64,000 nt of DNA from the NCBI RefSeq assembly GCF_036971445.1, contig NC_091470.1, forward strand, positions 357,988,001-358,052,000, written 5' to 3'. Source of the DNA: Narcine bancroftii. Its lineage: Eukaryota. Below, piece after piece: positions 50,290 through 61,424 of the stretch. Numbering within the stretch: the first letter of the stretch is position 1; every line of letters begins with the position of its first letter. A program made the translations under genes and the position numbers. The notes under the pieces are model-generated. The model saw only the letters and a list, made by a program, of their open reading frames with translations. It was not told the origin of the DNA and made no database searches.

Positions 50290-50915
50290 TTTTTCATGCA
50301 TGCATTAATATCCAAGTACAAAATATGACCATCAATTATTAATATCAAGTTTATTATATGATGATATAAACCCTTTCCCCCACTAAACTAACCCCGAAAG
50401 AGGAAAAGGAAAGAAAGAAATAAAAGAAAGAGAAAAGAAATGAAATATGTAAGAAAATATAAAAAGGTTGGAAATCAGAATAGAAACCTGGTTTCTGGAA
50501 ATTCCACGTCACCACGTAGAATTAATTGTTTTTAACTTTTAATACATTCAAGGAGGTAATGAAGTACGAGTCTAAATTAATTTCCTCAATTTTTAAGTAT
50601 GGGCACCAAATTTTCAAAAATGCATCATACTTATTTCTCAAATTATAAGTGATCCTCTCCAAAGGAACACAGCTATGCATACCTGCATCCCAACATTTCA
50701 TACCCAAGTGGATGTCTGATTTCTATGTCATTGCTATACATTTTCTTCTTACTGCTAAAGCAATCTTTAAAAATTGTTTTTTGATATGTCGATAATTTCA
50801 ATTTTGGTCTTATCCTTTCAATATTGCCTAATAAGAATAACATTGGAGTTTTGTGGAAATTTAATTCTTATAACCTCTTCTTGATAAACCACCAAATTGG
50901 ACCAAAAAGGTCATA
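50290..50915 (-). mobile_element. L1-clade LINE 3' fragment
   Basis: MHSCVPLERITYNLRNKYDAFLKIWCPYL; related to 39560-40125. Confidence 0.78.
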
Positions 50916-50926
50916 TTCTGATGACA

Positions 50927-51142
50927 GGAGGAGAACGTGCAAACTCTTGACAGACAGCACGGGATTTTAACCCCGGCCCGGTCCCAACTGCAGCCGTTGT
51001 AAAGGCATTGCACTAACCGCTACGCCAACTGTGCCACCATTAATTGGGGTATTTAGGCAGTACGGACTCAAGGGTCAGAAGAGCCTGTTACTGCACTGTA
51101 TGTCTAAAAAATTTTGTTTTAAATTTTTTAAGTCAATTGTTG
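50927..51142 (-). repeat. Inverted copy of 53387-53603 (SINE-in-SINE junction plus flank)
   Basis: Shares the private junction GCCTAAATACCCCAwTTAA|TGGTGGCACAG and the flank TCAACAAT..AATTTAAAACAA. Confidence 0.85.
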
Positions 51143-52686
51143 ATTTGAACCTGGGTTACTGGAGCTGTAAAAGCACCGTTCTGTTCATTTGTAATAAAAA
51201 CAAACCCTTCTGATTGGAGATATTGATTAGATCCATAGAACCATGGAGCACTACAGCACAGAAACAGGCCCTTGGCTCATGTAGTATGTGCTAGACTATT
51301 ATTCTATCTAGCCCCACTGACCTGCACCCAGTCCATAGCGTTCCATACCCCTCCCATCCACGTACCTATTCAAATAACTATATAACCATATAACCATTTA
51401 CGGAGCGGAAACAGGCCATGTTGGCCTTTCGAGTCCGCACCGGTTCACTGATTTTGTGAATATTTCTAATATTCAGAATCGAGCCTGTATTTTCCAATTG
51501 TGCTTCTCCTTCTACAGTATTTCTAGCATATTCTGTTTTAATTGGAGTGCTGCATCAGGTTGAAGGCCTTGCATCAGAACGAGAAAATGTTATGAATCAA
51601 ATACATTTTACACGTAGAGAAGGGAGGGGTGTGGTAGTTGGGAGAAGACAATAGAAATGTATCTGATAGGGTGGAATCCAAACTCCCTGTCTGCAGGGAG
51701 TTTGTAAAAATTCCTTCTCCTTTTCCTGTCTGTGAGAGCTCTTTAATGTGTTGGCTACAGGAGCAGTGGCTGACAGCAACAGGTGTCAGAAAATGGAAAA
51801 ATCTCACCACAGCTATCACTGGACCTTGACAAGGAACATTTCTTGAGGTCAACTTCAAAATCTGAACCTTGAATATTAGCCTACCATCTGATTTTGCTTG
51901 GAAAATTGATGTTACTGACATCTTTAATGTGAACAAAATTACTGTGTTGAGTTGAATTCAATAGCAATTCCATCTTTGGCAATTGACTTCTATTGGGAGA
52001 TGTTTATATACAGTAGTTTAACCCTCTATGATCTCCTCCTTTCAAGTATCTGCCTTTCCCTCTCAGTAGACCCTGCATTTAATTGTTCCCTCATTGAGTG
52101 TTGTGCTTTCAGCTGTCAAGGCCCTTAAACTCTGAACTTCTCAATGCTGTTAGCCTCCTTTTCCTCCGACAAGATCTGTGAAACGTACCTCTCCAGCCAA
52201 ATGACAATCACTTGGTCGAACACTTCCTTAGGTAACTTGGCATCAACATGGTTTTGTTCAGTAATGCTCTTCTGATGGGATTTGAGATAATATTTTGCTC
52301 TGCCACAAGATCAATGGGAATGCTTTATGTTGCATTAAGAATTTAAATTCAGAGAAAATTAGATATAATATTAAAGATAGAAAGTTCCAATTTATGATTT
52401 TTTTTATAATTAGAAGAATTAACAATTACTGAATGTTCCGGTGGTTCATTGCCTGTTCTCCGTGGGTCATCAGTGGTTCCACAATATTGATTAAAAAAAT
52501 AATAATTTATAAGGTAACCTTGATTAGAGGGAGGGGGTAGATTAGAGATTAACATGGTCGAATAGATCATTTCAATTAAGTTTTTGAGGTATTACAAGCA
52601 ATTACTGATGTAGTTTTATCATTTTTTTTTGTGTGTGCTTCCTTGTATACAAATGAATTATTATGTAATTGTCAATTTAGTAATAC

Positions 52687-53340
52687 ATATACAGAGCCGT
52701 TGTCATACCCACACTCCTGTTCGGCTCCGAATCATGGGTCCTCTACCGGCATCACCTACGGCTCCTAGAACGCTTCCACCAGCGTTGTCTCCGCTCCATC
52801 CTCAACATTCATTGGAGCGCCTTCATCCCTAACATCGAAGTACTCGAGATGGCAGAGGCCGACAGCATCGAGTCCACGCTGCTGAAGATCCAGCTGCGCT
52901 GGGTAGGTCACGTCTCCAGAATGGAGGACCATCGCCTTCCCAAGATCGTGTTATATGGCGAGCTCTCCACTGGCCACCGTGACAGAGGTGCACCAAAGAA
53001 GAGGTACAAGGACTGCCTAAAGAAATCTCTTGGTGCCTGCCCCATTGACCACCGCCAGTGGGCTGATCTCGTCTCAAACCGTGCATCTTGGCGCCTCACA
53101 GTTCGGCGGGCAGCAACCTCCTTTGAAGAAGACCGCAGAGCCCACCTCACTGACAAAAGACAAAGGAGGAAAAACCCAACACCCAACCCCAACCCACCAA
53201 TTTTCCCCTGCAACCGCTGCAACCGTGTCTGCCTGTTCCGCATCGGACTTGTCAGCCACAAACGAGCCTGCAGCTGACGTGGACATTTACCCCCTCCATA
53301 AATCTTCGTCCGCGAAGCCAAGCCAAAGTAAGAAAGCAAA
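52687..53340 (+). mobile_element. RTE (BovB-like) LINE 3' end, frame intact
   Basis: Open frame 52690-53277: YRAVVIPTLLFGSESW..FHQRCLRSILNI..QLRWVGHVSRMEDHRLPKIVLYGEL..PKKRYKDCLK..FPCNRCNRVC..GLVSH. Confidence 0.92.
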
Positions 53341-53386
53341 GAATAATGCTTATAAACTCAATAAAAATATTTTAAAAAGAATTTTC

Positions 53387-53860
53387 TCAACAATAGAGTT
53401 TAAGAATTTAAAACAATTTTTTTTAGACATAGAGCATGGTAACAGGCTCTTCTGACCCATGAGTCCGTACTGCCTAAATACCCCATTTAATGGTGGCACA
53501 GTTAGTGTAGCCGTTAGCGCAATGCCTTTACAATGCCTGCTATCGGGAGACCGGATAGGGGTTTGAATCCCATACTATCTGTAATGTGTTTGTAGGTTCT
53601 CCCTGAGTCTGTTTGCATTTTCTCTGGGGGCTTCGATTTCCTCTCACAGTTCAAAATGTACTGGGGAGTGTAGGTTAATTGGGTGTAAATTTGGCGGCAC
53701 AGACTTGTGGGCCGAAATGGCCTGGAACTGTGCTGCATGTCTAAATTTAAAACATTTAACCTACAACCCGCGTATGTTGTCTAAGATGGGAGGAAACCAG
53801 AGTGCCCGGAGGAAACTACACAGACGTGGAGAGAACATAAAAACTCCTCATAGACAGCCC
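53387..53860. mobile_element. Full plus-strand V-SINE (53491-53750) nested in a minus-strand V-SINE
   Basis: Minus copy broken at ..CCCCATTTAA and resumes at ..ATTTAACCTACAACCC. Confidence 0.82.
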
Positions 53861-53888
53861 CATGGATAAATCTTGTTAAAAATAAGTG

Positions 53889-54176
53889 CAGTAAAATCCA
53901 TTATCTGGAATTCAAGCAACCAGCAGCCTCAAACAGCTGGAAAAAAAAATCATGTTTAATTGGGTGTAATTGAGCAACATGGGCTCGCTCATAGCTGAAA
54001 TGGCTTAAAATTTAAAATTTAAAAATAAGTCAAATATACAAAAAAAAGTTTAAAATTGATGTGCCTCGCCATTATTTCACCAATCCACGCAACACACAAT
54101 CTCAAGCAACTGGAATATTCACTTATCCGGTGTCTTCCAATCCCCAGAGGTGCCGAATAAACCAGGGATTTTACTG
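53889..54176. mobile_element. Tc1/mariner (Tigger/pogo-like) MITE, copy 2
   Basis: CAGTAAAATCC...GGATTTTACTG-TA inverted termini. Confidence 0.78.
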
Positions 54177-54188
54177 TACGTGACGTAC

Positions 54189-54426
54189 CTCTTTGAGACC
54201 TATGCGATGATCGATTTGAGATCTGTGAACCTGTTGAACTTGGTCTTCGGGATGTTGCTTGCTCTGGAAAGTGGACGTGAATGGAATCCATCGAGGCTTG
54301 CAAATTAATTGATTTTAAAGAGCCAAAGGAACTGTTTCTTTGCAAATCATTTCGAGGATCGTCTTCACTGTTATCTTTATCGGAAGCATTTTCACCCTTT
54401 TCCTCTTCATCCCAGAGACCATGGCA
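54189..54426 (-). CDS. PIEZO2: PIEZO2 exon 3 (238 nt): CHGLWDEEEKGE...SLKSINLQASMDSIHVHFPEQ...SSHRSQR (intracellular disordered loop)
   Basis: Acceptor ttattctAG, donor AGAG/GTacgt; phase 0-1. Confidence 0.93.
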
Positions 54427-54705
54427 CTAGAATAAAGTGAAGAGTATGATCAGTAACAATAAGATTTTGTTCATTTATTTTTAAAGTAAATACATTACAT
54501 GTAAAAATTAAGACTTCTCGAATAATCTGTCTAGTGTTGTTAATCACAACCTGATAAATTTAATAATGATTCGGACCATAGTCCATGCACTGTATTGTTT
54601 GTTGACCAGTCAAAAGAGAACCAAGAACATTTTAGAAATAAGAAAGCTGTTGATACGGCATTTCAGGAGCGGAACATTATCAATATTCCAAATGGTGACT
54701 ATTAT

Positions 54706-55445
54706 ATAGAACATAGAACAAAACAGCATAGAACAGGCCCTACGGCTCTCCATGTTATCCCTTCCTCAAAAAAAGTACTAAACCCTCCCTACCCCAAAAC
54801 CCTCCATTTTTATTTTATCCATGTGTCTGTCTAAGAGTCTTTTAAATGCCCCCAGTGTTTCAGCTTCCACCACCATCCCCAGCAAGGCATTCCAGGCACC
54901 CACAACTCTGTGTAATAATCTTACCTTTGATGTCTCCCCTAAACCTCCTTCCCTTCACTTTGTAGAGATGTCCTCTGGTGTTTGCTGACCCTGCCCTCGG
55001 AAACAGGTGCTGGCGGTGCACCCTATCTATGCCTTTCATAATCTTCTAGACCTCTATCAAGTCTCCTCTCATCCTTCTACACTTCAAAGTGAAAAGTTCC
55101 AGCTCTGCTAACCTTGCCTCATAAGTCTTGATTCCCAATCCAGGCAACATCCTGGTAAATCTCCTCTGCACCCTCTCCATAGCTTCCATATCCTTCCTGT
55201 AATGAGGTAACCAGAACTGAACACAATACTCTAAGTGTGGTCTTACCAAAGATTTGTAGAGTTGTAATGTGACCTCTCTACTGAATTCAATCCCCCTATT
55301 AATGGGGCCCAGCATCCCATAGGCCTTCTTAACTATCTTATCAACCTGTGTGGTGATCTTAAGGGATGTATGGATTTGCACCCCAAGGTCCCGCTGTTCA
55401 TCCACACTCCTAAGTAACCGACCATTAACCCTGTATTCAGCCTTA
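54706..55445 (-). mobile_element. CR1 LINE 3' fragment
   Basis: LQLYKSLVRPHLEYCVQFWLPHYRKDMEAMERVQRRFTRMLPG..RMRGDLIEV; (AGAACAT)n tail. Confidence 0.93.
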
Positions 55446-56385
55446 GTTATTTAACAAATGGATGCTTTCTGACTTAGATTGATGTTTCAAAGAGGGAAAT
55501 TGTGATTACATTCCTTGTTTTGTATCCAGCCTGATCTTATTTTCCTGAAATTTCACCAGAGATGAACATCCTGACAAACATAGAAGTGGTACAAAATTGT
55601 CCATTTACCTTAAATAGATCAAATTTGATGATGTGATTCGGGGCTAGGATATAGGAGTAAAGGGCAAAATGGACAATAATTCTGCTGCCATTCTGACATC
55701 TCTTCTATCTCAACATGGGCCAAATGGACTGAAGGTTGGGCTATGACTGAAATTATGGAATATCTTTCATGTTTTTTTCATGTGGAGAAGTACGGAAGAA
55801 ACCAACTAAAGAGGCCCATAAATCTGAGGAGCAGAGTCCTAAGGGGACCATAGGCAGGTTCTAGACAGGTCCTTCATTTCTTTACATGTCCCATAGCCAC
55901 AGTGGTGATGCTGGTAGAGACACTGCCCCTCAGTGTCAGTAGCCTAGGGTCAGTCATAACCTCAGTCTGCATGGAGTTTGTGCGCTCTCTTTGTCTCGGC
56001 GTGGGTTTCCTCTGAGTAGTCCAGTTTCCTCTCACATCCAAACTCTTGGGGTTTGGTGGGTTTATTTGGCCACTATAAATTCCTTGAGTGGTAGAATCTG
56101 TGGAGGGCAGTGTCGATGATGATGTGGGGAGAATAAAATGAGTGTTGGATGGGAGGGTGATGTGGTCAGTGAATTCAGTGGGTCAAAGGGTCTGCTTCAA
56201 TGCTGCCTCATTCTACGTCCTCCCCCTCTTCCGCTGTACTTGAGGGGATGTGACTGGGACTGGCAGGCTTGGGTTATAGAGAGAGAAAGGAGGGCCATGA
56301 GGTTTATAAAATTAGAAGGGTAAGGAATTCATGTTGGGACCCCTGTTGTTGGTGATATGATGGGATAAAAAAGAGGGTGGGTGGG

Positions 56386-56712
56386 TGTGGTGTGCTGTTA
56401 GCCAGAATCAGACAGACACTGTACATCAGGCTTTAATCCACAAAGACTTCCACAGAGCCAGGCTGGCTATAGCTGCGATAACTCTGAGTGAGGCCTCGGG
56501 AGGCCAGCACAGGCTTATATCCCAGAGGGTGATTGACACCCAACCAGGTGGGGCTTGATCCATTCAGATCGACTGATTGACAGCCGGCCAGGTGTTGTCC
56601 TGTCCCCTTACACTTCTGCAGGTACAGAGGTTGCCCCCTGCAGTAGGCTGGCGGTACACTCCTGCAGGTACAGAGGTTGCCCCCTGCAGTAGGCCGGTGG
56701 TGTACCACCATA
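56386..56712 (-). mobile_element. Solo LTR (327 bp) with internal 46-bp tandem duplication
   Basis: TGTGGTG...CACCATA termini, exact 5-bp TSD GTGGG, ATTAAA and TATAA on minus strand; units 56609-56654 and 56655-56700. Confidence 0.82.
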
Positions 56713-57093
56713 GTGGGTTAGTAAGTTTGCAGATGATACAAGGATTAGTGGAGTTGTGGACAAAAATCTCCTCCCTATGTTACTGAGCTCATTTATTTTT
56801 AGTCATCCATTCTTAGACTGCGCCAGTGAACCGGGTTCGGTATCCCGCGCAGTCTGTAAGGAGTTTGTATGTTTTCCGCATGTCGGCGTGGGTCTACTCT
56901 GGTTTCCTCCCACCCTTCAAAAGGAAGGGGGATTGTTGGTTAGTTGGGTGTAATTGGGCAGCATGGGCTTGAGGGCCAGAAGGGCCTGCTAACATGTAGA
57001 AATTTAAATTTATTCTAGCCTCAAACCTGTCTCAGACTCTCCCACCCACAGTCCCCAACTATCTCTTAAAAATTGTTTCCTCAAACTTTTCCC

Positions 57094-57130
57094 AGTTCTG
57101 ATGAAAGTCCCATGACCTGAAATGTTAACT
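57094..57130 (+). ncRNA. Hammerhead-ribozyme-like motif (minimal type I, degenerate)
   Basis: AGUU-CUGAUGA-AAGUC(CCAU)GACCU-GAAA-UGUU-AACU: intact CUGAUGA and GAAA, stem I AGUU/AACU, one stem II mismatch. Confidence 0.5.
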
Positions 57131-57395
57131 CTTGTTTCTCTCCCCACAGATGCCACTTGCCACGCTGAGTCCTGACAGCATTTCCCGTTTTTGTTTCAGA
57201 TTTCCAGCATCTGCATGATTATTTTGCTTTAGGGTCAATCCTCTTTGCTGGTTTACTTCTGTAATGCTTTTTAAACATATTTTATGTGTGTCCAATTATT
57301 CACGCACTCTGATCAAGATCAAAGTAATATTCCATTATTATCAACTAAATTTAGATTTACTTTTTACATCTCTTCAAGTACATCAAAGAACATTT

Positions 57396-60300
57396 TGTAG
57401 CCACGTGCAACTCGAACAAAGACACGAGGTATAGCTCTGTGTTTTATTGGGGCTGAAGCCCGGCCTTTATATTGTTGGCATTTCCCGCCATTTGCCCCAT
57501 CAACTGACGTCAGTGCCCGCATAACAATAGAGGGTTCTCGTGCGCAGGTCCCCATCTTGCATTGCAATGCCTTCTTCGCTGTGCGCTATACCCAAGCTGT
57601 TGGCTGGGCAGTGGGAGCCAGCGCCACATTGGAGATGTTGGCTCCTATGCTGTCTTAGCCAATTGGCTTGCTGGAGCCAGTGCCACTGCACCATTTGCTG
57701 GCTCCTGGTTGCCCGGAGTGCCGGCCCGATTGCTGCGGCAGCATGCCACTACATGACCCCCCTCCAGAACCGGCGGGATTGTCTTTGGTGTCAGAAAGCA
57801 ATGTCTCTGTTGTCTTTGGCAGTCTGCCTCTTGATGGGGCGTGCCGGGTTCAGGTGTACTGGCTTCAACCTGTCCATAGTGAAGACCTCTGTCTTGCCTC
57901 TGACCTCCAGTTCGAACGTGGTGGTGTGGTTTCATACAACCTTGAACCATATGGCCTCTATAGCAGTGGGTAGTGTGAACCCTTGCGAATGAAAACATAC
58001 TCAAAGACCTGCAGGTCTGTCCGATGTGATGTGGGATGGTAAGCCGAACCATACTACTCAGGAAGAGATGAGAGCTCTGGCACAGGAGGTTGTGGAGGTG
58101 TTGACCATCAGGGCTGCTTCTGGCCACCTGGTGAAGTGGTCGACCACTGTGAACAGGTAAAGGAACCGCTGGGATACTGGTAGGGGTCCCATGATGTCCA
58201 TAAGGACATGGTCAAATCTTTGATCTGTGGGCTCGAAGTGCCGTGGTGGGGTCTTGGTGTGCCACTGCACCTTGGTTATCTGGCACTGCGTGCACGCCTT
58301 CGCCCACCCACTGACTTGCTTTCTGAGACCACGCCACACATACTTGCGGATTACCAGCCGGATCGTGGTCCTGATGGATGGCTGAGCCAGCCCGTGGATG
58401 GAATTGAAAACCTGTCTTCTCCTAGCCATGGGGACGATAGGTCTGACCTGTCCGGTGGCCACATCGCACAGGAGGGTGGTGTTACCTGCACCGACCGAAA
58501 CATCCTGGAGTTGCAGACCCAAAGTGGTCATTGTGTACTGGGTCATCTCCTCATTGTATTGTCGTGCCTTTGCCAGTGTCATAAAATCCACTCCCTTTGA
58601 TAACACGTGGATGGTCTGCCTGGACAGTGCACTGCCACCATGTTGCCTTTGCCGAGGCGTGGTGCACATCTGTTGTGTACTCGGACATATATGACAGATG
58701 ATACTGTTGGTGAGCTGACCAGGGGTCCGAGATTTTGGCCAGGGCAAAGGTCAGGGGTTTGTGGTTGGTGAAGGCCGTAAAAGTCCTGCCCAAGAGGAGG
58801 TATCGGAAGTAGTAGATGGATAAATACAGTGCCAGTAGCTCCCTGTCGAAAGCACTGTACTTCAGTTCTGGAGGCCGCAGATGATCGCTGAAGAAAGCCA
58901 GCGGTCTTCAGCTCCCTTCAATCTGCTGCTCCAGAACACCGCCGATCGCCATTCCTGAGGCTTTCATCGTCAGGGTTGTTGGAGCATCTGCCCTGGGGTG
59001 TGCCAAAAGAGCAGCACCGCCAGGGCTTCCTTGGCCTTTACGAAGGCCTCCGCTGACTCTGTGTCCCAGGTTACGTCCTTGGCTTTGTCCACCATGTGGG
59101 CGAATAAGGGCTGCGTGATTCTGGCCGCTGAGGGGATGTATCTGTGATAAAAGTTGATCATCCCCACAAGCTCCTGCTTTCCCTTGGACGTGCTGGACCT
59201 AGGAAACTTTTGGATGGCCTCCACCTTGCTGGGCAGTGGTATGGCCCCTCCTTCGGTTATCCTATGGCCCAGGAAGTCGATAGTCTCAAACCTGAACTGG
59301 CATTTGTCTGGGTTGGTCGTCAGTCCAAACTCACGCAGCTGGGTGTAGAGGTGGTGGAGGTTCACCAAGTGTTCTTGCCAGTTTTTGCTGACCACCAGGA
59401 TGTCGTCAAGGTAGATGAAAGTGCCATCCAGATCTCGGCCCATCACATCTGTCAGCTGCTGAAAGGTTTGCGCAGCATTCTTCAGCCTGAACGGCATGCC
59501 CAAGAATTCAAACAAGCTGAACGGGGTGATGATGGTGTCTTCGGGATGTCATCAGGGTGTACGGGGATCTGATGGTATCCCCTCACAAGGTTAGTTGAAA
59601 ATTCCTGTATGTGCGGCACGAGGTAGCAATCTGGCATTGTGGCCTCGATAAGCCAACGGTAGTTGCCGCATGGTCTCCAACCCCCAGTGGCTTTGGGCAC
59701 CATGTGCAAGGGTTAAGCCCACGGGCTGACTGACCTGCATATTATGCCCAATCCTTCCAGCTTTTTGAACTCCTCCTTAGCTTGTTGGAGCTTCTCCAGG
59801 GGCAGTCATCTCATTCTTGATTGTGCAGTTGGCCCTGGGTCAGGATGTGATGTTGCACTCCGTGTCTGGGCATCTCGGAGATGAACTGGGGGGTAAGCAC
59901 TGTCGGGAACTCTATGAGGATTTTGGCATACTCATCTGTGGAATGCTGCACCGAGTCCAGGTGGAGGGCTAGGAATCTGGCATCCTTGAGAAGAAGGTCT
60001 GGAATGTCTTTGCATGGATGAGTCTCCAGCCCTTCAGGTCCACCAGCAGGCTGTGAGCATGCAGGAAATCTGCCCCAAGGAGCAGTTGTTCCACTGCTGC
60101 CAACATGAACACCCACGAAAAGAGGCTGCCGTCCAACTGCAGTTGGACCCTGCTCATGCCATGGGTCCTGATGGTCTGTTGTTGGCAGCTCTCAATGTGG
60201 GGCCCACTTGCCCGTTTCTGGTTTCCTGCCTCAATGGGGGCTGGCTGCTGACCTCCACTCCTGTGTCCACAAGGAACCGCCACCTTGATTGACGGTCTTG

Positions 60301-60500
60301 TTGGCCAGCCATTGTGGTCATCAGCGATGGGTGGCCCCAGCATTTCCCTGCTACATGCATGGTGGTCGGCATCAGCAGGCTCTGAAGCCCCATCGTTGGT
60401 GGTAGAAGCACCATTGGTCATTGGGCTCACCTCCCTTGTGCGAGTGCTGCTCCTTTTGGAGTTCGGCCTGGGTCTGGCTGCGGGGTTTGGCAACGAGCCC
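57396..60500 (-). mobile_element. Ty3/Gypsy retrotransposon (element C), 5'-truncated
   Basis: 3' LTR 57396-57753 (TG..CA) with adjacent PPT; gag end WCFYHQRWG, protease FLVDTG, RT YLDDIL, RNase H FTAFTNHKPL, integrase HGLAQPS..CTQC and MDIMGPLP. Confidence 0.94.
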
Positions 60501-60504
60501 CACG

Positions 60505-61135
60505 GACGCCCAGTAAAGGTATTGACCCTTCCTGTTCCTATCCTCCACCCACAGAGATTTCATAGACAATCCCTCCATTACACTATCTCTGATCAACAGT
60601 ACCAAGCCCCCATTCTTTTGCCTCCCTCCCTGTCCTTTCTGAAACATCTAAATCCCACCACTTGAACTAACCAATCCTGTCCCTGAGCCATCCAAGTCTC
60701 CATAATGGCCATCACATCATAGCTCCAAGTATTAATCCACACTCTAAGCTCACCCGCTTTGTTCACAATACTCCTTGTGTTATAATAGACACATCTCAAG
60801 CTGTTCGTCTGAGCGCGTCCCTTCTCTATCACCTGCCTTGACCTCCCTCACACACTGTCTCCAATCTTTCTCTATTTGTGAGCCAACCCCCTCTTCCCCA
60901 TTTTGGTTCACACCCCCTAACAATTCTAGTTTAAACCCTCCCCAATAGCCTTACTAAACCTCCCGCCAGGATGTTGATCCCCCTGGGATTCAAGTGCAAC
61001 CCGTCATTTTTGTGCATGTCTCTCCTGCCCCAAAAGAGGCCCCAATAGTCCATAAATCTGAATCCCTGGCCCCTACTCCAATCCCTCAGCCATACGTTTA
61101 TCCTCCACCTCATTCTATTCCTATACTCATTAGGT
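60505..61135 (-). mobile_element. CR1 LINE internal fragment: end of ORF1 (SGNH esterase) and start of ORF2 (APE endonuclease)
   Basis: WLRDWSRGQGFRFMDYW..DGLHLNPRG; LRCVYYNTRSIVNK..DVMAIMETW..FRKDR. Confidence 0.9.
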
Positions 61136-61264
61136 GCTTTAATGGAGGCCCTCTGCTTCACGGAGAAAAAAAATAATTTATCTGTTTATAGACCAGCCCT
61201 AAAAGGTTGCTCCAGTGTCACTTTTACATGAAGCGGCGCCTCGGTGCGTCGTCTGGAGCCACTG

Positions 61265-61424
61265 TAGGCGGGGCAATTGTTGCCGTGGTACCGCCCATCA
61301 TAAATACACAGCGACCAATGGCCGACTTTGTTACCCATAATCCCCCACACAGTTTCATCCGCTCTGGGAAACGCAGAGTAGTTCCAGCTGTGTGGGGGAT
61401 CATGGGTAAAGAAGTCAGCCATTG
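61265..61424. promoter_or_regulatory. Palindromic cassette with two inverted ZNF143/Staf-like sites, CCAAT and GC boxes (putative)
   Basis: 39-bp inverted arms 61316-61354 and 61386-61424; TTACCCATAATCCCCCACA fits YYWCCCRNMATSCMYYRCR at all positions; GGCGGGGC and CCGCCC upstream. Confidence 0.45.

Noticed and set aside
58058-59515. Domesticated Gypsy integrase or RT genes (229-aa and 181-aa ORFs)
   Set aside because: They are frameshifted pieces of a decayed pol with an internally deleted integrase core and an attached LTR.
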